Source of the DNA: Candidatus Aldehydirespirator sp.
GTDB taxonomy: Bacteria; Actinomycetota; Acidimicrobiia; Acidimicrobiales; Aldehydirespiratoraceae
DNA length: 64,000 bases
Assembly (NCBI GenBank): GCA_965221215.1
Contig: OZ244872.1
Location: 1,636,936 to 1,700,935 of the forward strand
Direction of reading: 5' to 3'
Under the pieces are notes generated by a model. It worked only from the letters and a program-made list of their open reading frames with translations, was not told where the DNA came from and searched no databases. Below are positions 46,124 to 53,995 of this stretch, one piece after another; the first letter of the stretch is position 1; each line of letters starts with the position of its first letter. The position numbers and the translations under genes were made by a program.

Positions 46124-46360
46124 TCACTTGCGGTCAGCGTCACGGGCTTCAAGGATGACAGAGGCCGGAATCACGGTGCCCGAGGCATCGACGCGGCGGC
46201 GAACCTCGTTCATCACGGTCTCGATTGAAGGCAACCCAGAGAGCCGTTCCAGTTCGCCGAGCAGGTACTCCTGCATGGACTGACGCTTGAGAGCGGCTCG
46301 GGCCGCCAGCTCGTCGCGAACCTCCTCGGGCACATTCCTGATGGTGATCTGAACTGGCAT
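46124..46360 (-). CDS. vapB: FitA/VapB-like ribbon-helix-helix antitoxin
   Basis: QITIRNVPEEVRDELAARAA...SMQEYL; stop overlaps the vapC GTG (GTGA 46127-46124). Confidence 0.88.
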   Translation of the reverse strand: MPVQITIRNVPEEVRDELAARAALKRQSMQEYLLGELERLSGLPSIETVMNEVRRRVDASGTVIPASVILEARDADRK

Positions 46361-46522
46361 GCAAGCATTTTGCCTTCAGTGCCAGCAGTTTGCAATTGCC
46401 CGGTTGGTTGTAGCGGATGGCGGCGGTCAACTATCAAGACTCGGGAACCGGTCTGCGGCCATGCTGCAATTCTCAACGGCGGTTGTGAGCCTCTGGCGCC
46501 CGCAGGCACTAGAACTAGCGGC

Positions 46523-48919
46523 GTGATCGCCGAGTCTCTCGCCGGCAAGCGCATCGCCATCACCGGGGCCACCGGGTTCTTGGGGACCGCGCTCACCGAG
46601 CGCCTGCTGCGCTGCGTGCCCGACTGTGAGCTGGTGCTGGTGGTGCGACCGGGCCGCCGGGGAGCGGCCCAGCGGGTGGAGCGAGACGTGCTGCGCAACG
46701 ACGCCTTCGAACGGCTCCGCCAGCAGATGGACGGCGACGACACGGCGGCCACCGACGCCGAACCCGCCAGAGCAGGCGCCGCCGGAGCGGAGACCTACGA
46801 CGAGATGGCGGCCCGGCGGGTCACCGCCCTCGCCGGCGACGTCGGCATCGACGGGCTTGGACTCGACGACGAGGGCCGGGCCCTGCTGGCCGGCTGCGAC
46901 GTCGTGATCCACTCGGCGGCCACCGTGAACTTCGACTCCGCCCTCGACGACGCGGTGGAGGTCAACCTCCTGGGACCGGCCCGGGTGGCGACAGTGCTGG
47001 CCGAGGCAGGATCGCAGGCCCACCTGATCTCGGTGTCTACCTGCTACGTGGCCGGCAGCCGCCGCGGCGCCGCCGGTGAACAGCTGGTGGACGACTCGCC
47101 GTTCTTCATCGGCGTCCCCTGGCAGGACGAGGTCGACAGCGCCCGCCAGGCCCGCCGCGACGCCGAGCAGGCCAGCCGCAGCCCCGAGCAGCTCGCCGAC
47201 CTGTCGGCCCAGGCCCGCCGGGAGCTCGGCGCGGCCGGCATCCCCGCTCTCGCCGACAAGGTGGAGAGCCTGCGGCGGCGCTGGGTGGGCGACCAGATGA
47301 CCAGAGCGGGCCGGGCCAGGGCGGCGAGCCTCGGCTTCCCCGACGCCTACGCCTTCACCAAGGCCCTGGGCGAGCGGGCGCTGGCCGAGACCCGCGGCGA
47401 CATCGCCGTCACCATCGTGCGGCCCTCGATCATCGAGTCGGCCCTGGCCGAGCCCCGCCCCGGATGGATCAGGGGCTTCCGCATGGCCGAGCCGGTCATC
47501 GCGGCCTATGCTCGGGGCCTGCTCAAGGACTTTCCCGGTGTGCCCGAGGGCGTCATCGACGTGATCCCGGTGGACCTGGTGGTGGCCACCATCCTGGCGG
47601 TGGCGGCCCGAGGCCCGGTCGAGCCCACCCCCGACGTCATCCAGGTGGCCAGCGGGTCGATCAACCCGCTGAAGTACGGCAAGCTCTTCGACCTGGTGAG
47701 CGGCTGGTTCACCGAGCATCCCGTCTACGACGAGTACAACCAGCCGATCCCGGTGCCGCGCTGGTCGTTCCCGGGCCGGGGCCGGGTGGCCCGCCAGCTG
47801 CAGCGGGCCCAGCGCTCGCTGGAGGCCGCCGACCGGGTGCTGTCGGCTCTGCCGCTGCGGGGCCGCCACGCCCTGATGAGCGCCGGCGTGGAGGAGCGGC
47901 GCCAGCAGCTCGGACGGGCCAACGAATACGTCGAGCTGTACGGCGCCTACGCCGAGTGCGAGGCCATCTACCAGCTCGACCGGCTCATGGAGCTGTGGAA
48001 CTCGCTCGACGACGCTGACCGGGCCGAGTTCTGCTTCGACCCGGCCGTGATCGACTGGACCCGCTACGTGCACGAGGTGCATCTGCCGTCCATGGTGGAG
48101 CAGGCCCGACTGAAGATGGCGCCGGGGGCCGGCACGGGCCGCAGCCAGTCGCGTTCGGTGCGCCTGCGCCGCCAGGTGCTCGACCCGCAGCGCCATTTGG
48201 CCGTGTTCGACCTGGAGAACACCCTCATCGCCTCCAACGTGGTGGCCAGCTACGCCTGGCTGGCCACCCGCGAGCTCGACGACCTCGACCGGCTGCGCTT
48301 CGTGGCCCGCACCCTGGGCGAGGCGCCCCGGCTGCTGGCGCTGGACCGGCGCGATCGCAGCGACTTCCTGCGCTACTTCTACCGGCGCTTCGAGGGCGCT
48401 CCAGTGGACCGCATCGGCGCCGACTGCTCCGAGATGCTCAGCGACCTGCTCATCACCAAGTCGTTCCCCCAGGGGCTGCGCCGGGTCCGCGAGCACCGGC
48501 GGGCGGGACACCGGACGCTGCTCATCACCGGAGCGCTCGACTTCGTGGTGGCTCCGCTGCGGCCCCTGTTCGATCACATCATCGCAGCCGAGATGAGCGC
48601 CAGCGACGGCGTGTACGACGGGCGGCTCACCGCGGTGCCCCCCACCGGCGAGGCCCGCTACCAGACGCTGGTCGACTTCACCGAACTGCACGGCCTCGAC
48701 CTGCGGGAGTCGGTGGCCTACGCCGACAGCACCTCGGACCTGCCGATGCTGGAAGCGGTGGGGTTCCCGGTGGCGGTCAACCCCGAGACCAAGCTGGCCG
48801 CGCTGGCCCGGCGCCGGGGCTGGCTGATCGAGCACTGGTCGAAGAGCGCGGGGGCGCCGGCCAAGCCTCTGCCGCTGGCGCCGCGGACCCGCCGCGCCGA
48901 CCTCGTAGGGTCCCGCTGA
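46523..48919 (+). CDS. Fatty acyl-CoA reductase (male-sterility type SDR) fused to a HAD-IB phosphatase
   Basis: ITGATGFLG, HSAATV, YAFTK, RPSII, DVIPVD; then FDLENTL, ITGAL and AYADSTSD HAD motifs. Confidence 0.85.
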   Translation: MIAESLAGKRIAITGATGFLGTALTERLLRCVPDCELVLVVRPGRRGAAQRVERDVLRNDAFERLRQQMDGDDTAATDAEPARAGAAGAETYDEMAARRVTALAGDVGIDGLGLDDEGRALLAGCDVVIHSAATVNFDSALDDAVEVNLLGPARVATVLAEAGSQAHLISVSTCYVAGSRRGAAGEQLVDDSPFFIGVPWQDEVDSARQARRDAEQASRSPEQLADLSAQARRELGAAGIPALADKVESLRRRWVGDQMTRAGRARAASLGFPDAYAFTKALGERALAETRGDIAVTIVRPSIIESALAEPRPGWIRGFRMAEPVIAAYARGLLKDFPGVPEGVIDVIPVDLVVATILAVAARGPVEPTPDVIQVASGSINPLKYGKLFDLVSGWFTEHPVYDEYNQPIPVPRWSFPGRGRVARQLQRAQRSLEAADRVLSALPLRGRHALMSAGVEERRQQLGRANEYVELYGAYAECEAIYQLDRLMELWNSLDDADRAEFCFDPAVIDWTRYVHEVHLPSMVEQARLKMAPGAGTGRSQSRSVRLRRQVLDPQRHLAVFDLENTLIASNVVASYAWLATRELDDLDRLRFVARTLGEAPRLLALDRRDRSDFLRYFYRRFEGAPVDRIGADCSEMLSDLLITKSFPQGLRRVREHRRAGHRTLLITGALDFVVAPLRPLFDHIIAAEMSASDGVYDGRLTAVPPTGEARYQTLVDFTELHGLDLRESVAYADSTSDLPMLEAVGFPVAVNPETKLAALARRRGWLIEHWSKSAGAPAKPLPLAPRTRRADLVGSR

Positions 48920-49008
48920 TGGCTGCCCTCCCGCGCGCAGACTTCACCGGGAGACCGGCCTGGATGGCAGCCGTGCGCCCGCACCCCTCACCGGCAGGGC
49001 TCGCCTGA
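48919..49008 (+). CDS. Putative 29-aa relay mini-ORF
   Basis: TGATG overlaps at both ends (48917-48921 and 49006-49010); open frame MAALPRADFTGRPAWMAAVRPHPSPAGLA. Confidence 0.45.
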   Translation: MAALPRADFTGRPAWMAAVRPHPSPAGLA

Positions 49009-50621
49009 TGGCAGCCGAACGAAGAAGTGCCCCGCGGCCGGGGCTGGTGCTCGAGGTCGACCGCTCCACGCCGCCGATCCTGTTCCACCACGGCGAGGGC
49101 TTCCGGTTGGAGAGGCTGCCGCCGGGCCGCAGCCGGATCATCTACCCGGCCGAGCCCCTCGCCGGCCTCCCCGACCCCGAGGCCGCCATCCGCCACGCCC
49201 TGCTCAACCCGCTCGACTCCGATCCGCTGCCGTCGCTGCTGCGGCCCGGCATGAAGCTCACCATCGCCTTCGACGACATCTCGCTGCCGCTGCCGCCTAT
49301 GCGGCGTCCCGACATCCGCCAGCGGATAATCGAGCAGGTTCTCGACATGGCGGCCGCCGCCGGAGTGGACGACGTCCACCTCATCGCCGCGCTGGCCCTG
49401 CACCGCCGCATGACCGACGACGAGCTGCGCCACGCGCTGGGCGAGCGGGTGTTCGACGCCTTCGCCCCGCAGGGCGCGCTCTACAACCACGACGCCGAGG
49501 ATCCCGACGGCATGGTGGAGCTGGGCCGCACCAACCACGACGAGCTGGTCACCATGAACCGCCGGGCCGCGGAGAGCGACCTGCTGGTGTACGTCAACAT
49601 CAACCTCGTGTCGATGGACGGGGGCTGGAAGTCCACCGCCACCGGCCTGGCCGACTACCGGGCGCTGCGCCACCACCACAACGTGGGCACCATGCAGCGC
49701 TCCCGCTCGTTCATGGACCGCCACCGCTCCGAGTTGCACCACTCCAACTGGCGCCAGGGCGAGGTGATCAAGGCCAACGGGCCGCCCATCTTCCAGATCG
49801 AGACCACCGTCAACAACAACACCTTCGGCCTCGACGGCCCCCTGGCCGTGCTGCAGAAGCGAGAGTGGGAGTGGAGCGCCCGAGACCGGGCCTCGTTCAT
49901 GGCCATGCACGCCGGGCTGCGGGCCATGCCGGCCTCCGCCTGCCGGGGCGTGTTCAACCGCTGGCTGGCGCCCTATGAGATGACCTCGGTGCAGGCCGGC
50001 GCGGTGGAGCCGGTCCACGAGAGCACCACCGCCAACGTGCTGGCCCAGCATCTGGTGCCGGTGCAGGGCCAGACCGACGTTCTCACCATGGGGCTGCCCT
50101 ACATCTGCCCCTACAACGTCAACTCGGTGATGAACCCGATCCTGGTGATGTGCCTGGGCTTGGGCTACTTCTTCAATCTCTACCGGGGCCGGCCGCTGGT
50201 GCGCGAGGGCGGCGTGGTCATCATGAGCCACCCCACCCGCCGGGAGTTCCACCCGGTGCACCACCCCAGCTACATCGACTTCTTCGAGCAGGTGCTGGCC
50301 GAGACCACCGACCCGGCCGAGGTGGAGGCCAAGTACGAGGCCCAGTTCGCCACCGACGAGTGGTATGTGCACCTCTACCGCACCAGCTACGCCTACCACG
50401 GGGTGCATCCCTTCTACATGTGGTACTGGGGGGCGCACGCCCTGCAATGGCTGGGACGGGTGATCGTGGTGGGCGGCGACGAGCGGGCAGTGCGGCGGAT
50501 GGGCTTCCAGCCCGCATCCACCCTGTCGGACGCTCTGGAGATGGCCAGCGACGTGGTGGGCCCGGCACCCACCATCACCCACCTGCACAACCCGCCCATC
50601 CTCATGGCCGACGTGGAGTAG
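49008..50621 (+). CDS. Lactate racemase (LarA/DUF2088)-like protein
   Basis: TIAFDDISLP, ALALHRRM, NHDAED, NRRAAESDL, GGWKS motifs. Family assigned from memory of the N-terminal domain. Confidence 0.7.
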   Translation: MAAERRSAPRPGLVLEVDRSTPPILFHHGEGFRLERLPPGRSRIIYPAEPLAGLPDPEAAIRHALLNPLDSDPLPSLLRPGMKLTIAFDDISLPLPPMRRPDIRQRIIEQVLDMAAAAGVDDVHLIAALALHRRMTDDELRHALGERVFDAFAPQGALYNHDAEDPDGMVELGRTNHDELVTMNRRAAESDLLVYVNINLVSMDGGWKSTATGLADYRALRHHHNVGTMQRSRSFMDRHRSELHHSNWRQGEVIKANGPPIFQIETTVNNNTFGLDGPLAVLQKREWEWSARDRASFMAMHAGLRAMPASACRGVFNRWLAPYEMTSVQAGAVEPVHESTTANVLAQHLVPVQGQTDVLTMGLPYICPYNVNSVMNPILVMCLGLGYFFNLYRGRPLVREGGVVIMSHPTRREFHPVHHPSYIDFFEQVLAETTDPAEVEAKYEAQFATDEWYVHLYRTSYAYHGVHPFYMWYWGAHALQWLGRVIVVGGDERAVRRMGFQPASTLSDALEMASDVVGPAPTITHLHNPPILMADVE

Positions 50622-50625
50622 CCCG

Positions 50626-50730
50626 ATGGCATTGCGTCGATCACCGTGCCGGACGCAGCATGACGGCTCTACCGGGTACTCGGCACCAAGCCGCGATGAG
50701 GCCGGACGCGGCATGGCCGACGTGGAATAG
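50626..50730 (+). CDS. Putative 34-aa relay mini-ORF
   Basis: ATG 4 nt after the upstream TAG; ends MADVE-TAG (a copy of the upstream gene's last codons) 3 nt before the plsC GTG. Confidence 0.4.
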   Translation: MALRRSPCRTQHDGSTGYSAPSRDEAGRGMADVE

Positions 50731-50733
50731 CCA

Positions 50734-51687
50734 GTGGGCATCGCGCACGACCTCGGCCTGGTGCGGATGCGGCGCCGCCTGCCGTCGCCGGCCAGGGCGT
50801 TCAGGGCCCGGTCTTTCCCGCTGAGGGCGCCCAACGTGCCCGGCGGTGTGGCGCCGGTCGAGGCTCCGGGTCGCACCGGCGCCGACTTTGACACCGCCTG
50901 GGCCCGCCGCTGGCCGGCCCGCATGGGCCGAGCCGCCGTCGTCGAGGGACCGATGCGGGCCATGGTGCAGGTGCTGGCCTCGCCCCGCCGCCGCGGTGCC
51001 GACCGGTTGGCCGACCTCGACGGCGCGCTGATCTTCGCCGCCAACCACCACAGCCACCTCGACACTCCGCTGCTGCTCACCTCGATCCCCGAGCCGTGGC
51101 GCCACAAGATCGTGGTGGGAGCGGCGGCCGACTATTTCTTCAGCACCCGGCTGGCGGGCGCCACCGCCGCGCTGGTGATGGGCGCCGTCCCCATCGAGCG
51201 GGCCCGGGTGGGCCGCCGGTCAGCCGACCTCGCCGCCGCGTTGATCGACGACGGCTGGAGCCTGCTCATCTACCCCGAGGGAGGTCGCAGCCCCGACGGC
51301 TGGGGCCAGCCGTTCAGGGGCGGGGCGGCCTACCTGGCCGTGCGCTGCGGCGTGCCGGTGGTGCCGGTGCATGTGGGCGGCACCGGCAGCATCCTGCGCA
51401 AGGGCCGCACCATGCCCCGGCCCGCGGCGGCCACGGTGACCTTCGGCACCCCGCTGCGGCCCGCGGCGGGCGAGCGCGCCCCCCGGTTCGCGGCCCGAAT
51501 AGAGGCGGCGGTAACCGCCTTGGCCGACGAGGCCGCCACCGACTGGTACTCGGCCCGCAAACGGGCCCACGCCAACGCCAGCGGCACCCTGACCGGCCCC
51601 GATGCCGGTGTCTGGCGCCGCCAATGGGCCCTAGACGGCCGCCGCCGCACCCCCGCAACCCGCCCCCGCCGCTGGCCCAGCCTGTAA
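50734..51687 (+). CDS. Lysophospholipid acyltransferase (PlsC family)
   Basis: ANHHSHLD (HX4D), IYPEGGRS, VPVVPV. Confidence 0.9.
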   Translation: MGIAHDLGLVRMRRRLPSPARAFRARSFPLRAPNVPGGVAPVEAPGRTGADFDTAWARRWPARMGRAAVVEGPMRAMVQVLASPRRRGADRLADLDGALIFAANHHSHLDTPLLLTSIPEPWRHKIVVGAAADYFFSTRLAGATAALVMGAVPIERARVGRRSADLAAALIDDGWSLLIYPEGGRSPDGWGQPFRGGAAYLAVRCGVPVVPVHVGGTGSILRKGRTMPRPAAATVTFGTPLRPAAGERAPRFAARIEAAVTALADEAATDWYSARKRAHANASGTLTGPDAGVWRRQWALDGRRRTPATRPRRWPSL

Positions 51688-51815
51688 CAACGCGCCCACC
51701 TGCGCCGCAACCGCAGTCAGCGAAATGGATGTGGCGCATCTTGCGCTGCACAGGGTTGTGATGTTCTTTGGTGCCATTGAGCATCCTCCAGGGCATACCT
51801 AGTAGATTGACCCGC

Positions 51816-52808
51816 ATGGTGACCGCAACCCGGACCGGGGCGCCGACGATTGAAGACGCCAGGCGGGCCGCGGCGGCGCTGCTGGATGCAGGCGTGAGCG
51901 AGGTCTGGCTCTACGGCTCGGTGGCACGCGGCGAGTCTGACATTCGCAGCGACATCGACCTTGTGGCCGTGTTCGACGACCTGGACTACCGCCGCCGGCT
52001 CTGGGTGAGGATGGAACTCAACCGCACAGCGAGCGCCGCATGCGACCAGAACGTCGAGGTGCTCGTGACCGACCGTCCCGAATGGCGCATCCAGACAAGC
52101 CAGGTGCCCACATCCTTCGCTAATGCTATTTCAGATAATCTTGTGTTATTAGCTGTTGTACCCTGTATAACCACGGATGTGGACTGGGACAAGCCACAGG
52201 TGATGGCCACCTCCGATGAGGAACTGGCCGACGAGCGCCTAGACGCCATCCGTCTCAACGTGGACATGATCGCCTCAAACCTCGAACCCAGCTGGGCCGA
52301 GCGGGAGCTGGTCGACACCGACGACCGCACAGAGTTCGAGGCGGTGCGGGGTGCCCGGCTGATCGCGGTGTGCGCGGCCTCGCACCTGGCGATCGAGAAC
52401 TCGGCCAAGGCTCTGGCGGTGACCTCCGGTGTCGAGGCTCAAACCCTGTGGACCCACGACGTCAAGGAACTCGTCGCCTCGCTCGACAAGGAGGACAATG
52501 ACGCCGTTGAGCAGATGCTGGCCGCCGCGCCCGACCTGGTGCAGTCGCCCGGCTACATAACCATGTGGCGCGAGCGGGGCGCGTACGGCGGCCCCACCGA
52601 AGGAATGACGGCCCAAGAGGTAGCCACCCCGGCCTTCACCACCGCGCTGGCAACCATCGCCTGCGATGTGGCCCTGTACGCCGCCGAAACCCTAGACCGC
52701 CCCACCCGACGGCGACCCGCCGCTGAGCGAGTACGCCGCCGTGCAACCACCACCCGCCAGCGCCTAACCAACTTCGACATAGCCACCGGAAACCCAACCA
52801 CCCCATAG
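51816..52808 (+). CDS. Fused minimal nucleotidyltransferase (MNT) + HEPN-like domain protein
   Basis: LYGSVARG...SDIDL (GSX10DXD); C-half AIENSAKAL...THDVKEL...WRERGAY. TAGATT -10 at 51803-51808. Confidence 0.75.
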   Translation: MVTATRTGAPTIEDARRAAAALLDAGVSEVWLYGSVARGESDIRSDIDLVAVFDDLDYRRRLWVRMELNRTASAACDQNVEVLVTDRPEWRIQTSQVPTSFANAISDNLVLLAVVPCITTDVDWDKPQVMATSDEELADERLDAIRLNVDMIASNLEPSWAERELVDTDDRTEFEAVRGARLIAVCAASHLAIENSAKALAVTSGVEAQTLWTHDVKELVASLDKEDNDAVEQMLAAAPDLVQSPGYITMWRERGAYGGPTEGMTAQEVATPAFTTALATIACDVALYAAETLDRPTRRRPAAERVRRRATTTRQRLTNFDIATGNPTTP

Positions 52809-52828
52809 GGCGTTGCCACCCCGCTCCG

Positions 52829-53788
52829 CTACAGGCGGCTGCCGGTGAGGAGGTCGTGGTTCTCGAGAGTCTCGGCCGCCCGCTCGATGATCGGGCGGAT
52901 GCGGGCTATGACGGGACTGTCGGACCGCTCTCTTGAAGCCTCGCTGGCGGCGATGGCTGCAACGTTGATCGCCGCCCCAGCAATCCGGGGAGCCAGCTCC
53001 GATGTCACCCGCAGGTCTATGTCGGGGCGGTCCGCGATGTAGGTGCCGGCCTGCCGCCAGATCGATATATCGCCATAGGGGGCGCGGTCATCCGACACAG
53101 AGTTGTGCTCGAAGTCAGCAAGAGTGTCCCTCACAGCGTCGGCGTGCTCGCCGGCGAGAGGAACGAGCAGATCGATCTTGTGCTTGAACGGTGCCGGTGT
53201 GCCCGCCAACGCGGCCAGCGCCTTGATAGAGGTCTCGATGGCCATGGCCGCAGCCGAGCAGATGTCGATCATTCTCCAGTGGGGCAGGCTCTCGTCCCGC
53301 GTCTCGACGATCTCCCATTCGTCAGGCAGCATTCTGGCTCGCATCAGATTGAGCGCCTTGGCCACCTCGTCGATGCGGCCCAGCGCCTCGTCAATATTGT
53401 TGTCGGGCAATCCGATCTCCTTGTCCCAATTCACCGCCCCAGCCGGGCGGTCAATGAGCATCACCGCTGTTGGCGCGATGCCCGCCTCAAAAGAAGACGA
53501 CACGGTACAGGTGCGCCGCTGCCACTCCGGCCGGTCGGTGACATGCACCTCCACAGGCCGCCCGACGGCCTCCTCGGCGGCATTGGAGAGGCCGACACGA
53601 AGTTGGAGGCGCTGCGAATAGTCGATGTCGTCGAAGACCGCCACCAAGTCGATGTCGCTGTGAGCGCTGGCATCGCCGCGAGCCACCGAACCGTACAGCA
53701 GCACCCGCGACGCCCCGGCCGCCGCAAGCTTCTCGGCAGCACGGCAAGCATCGTCCCTGGTGGGAGCAGTCAGCGGCACCGCAATCAC
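52829..53788 (-). CDS. Second fused MNT + HEPN-like protein (paralog, convergent)
   Basis: LYGSVARG...SDIDLVAVFDDIDY; AIETSIKAL...KHKIDLL...WRQAGTY. TAGCGT -10 7 nt before GTG 53788. Confidence 0.75.
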   Translation of the reverse strand: MIAVPLTAPTRDDACRAAEKLAAAGASRVLLYGSVARGDASAHSDIDLVAVFDDIDYSQRLQLRVGLSNAAEEAVGRPVEVHVTDRPEWQRRTCTVSSSFEAGIAPTAVMLIDRPAGAVNWDKEIGLPDNNIDEALGRIDEVAKALNLMRARMLPDEWEIVETRDESLPHWRMIDICSAAAMAIETSIKALAALAGTPAPFKHKIDLLVPLAGEHADAVRDTLADFEHNSVSDDRAPYGDISIWRQAGTYIADRPDIDLRVTSELAPRIAGAAINVAAIAASEASRERSDSPVIARIRPIIERAAETLENHDLLTGSRL

Positions 53789-53895
53789 GCCCCCAACGCT
53801 ATAGCCCGTCCCATCCACGGGCCGTAGACCGCCGTGGGGTATCCGAAGCCTCGAGCACGCCGTGCGGTGAATGCGGCCGGTCCGACCTACACGAA

Positions 53896-53931
53896 TGGAT
53901 ATTGGACTATCCACAAATTGGATACTGGACT
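53896..53931. promoter_or_regulatory. Putative operator in the divergent MNT-HEPN/aconitase spacer
   Basis: TGGATA-N6-TATCCA palindrome (53896-53913) plus direct repeat TGGATA[T/C]TGGACT at 53896 and 53919. Confidence 0.45.
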
Positions 53932-53995
53932 GGCCATGAGTGTTGGGGGAGTGTGATTGGGGATGTCTGACTGCGGCGGGGCGTAGGCTGGCTTG

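Larger units (their letters stand above)
44269..46127 (-). pseudogene. vapC: VapC (PIN) toxin gene interrupted by IS256
   Basis: Removing 44649-46093 plus one TSD copy restores a 134-aa frame (M)SAVVDSSVLVAALVDSQ...AYDAWYVALAE...LITLD. Confidence 0.93.

Noticed and set aside
52119-52169. Diversity-generating retroelement variable region
   Set aside because: No reverse transcriptase or template repeat in the window, and the pattern is not adenine-specific substitution.
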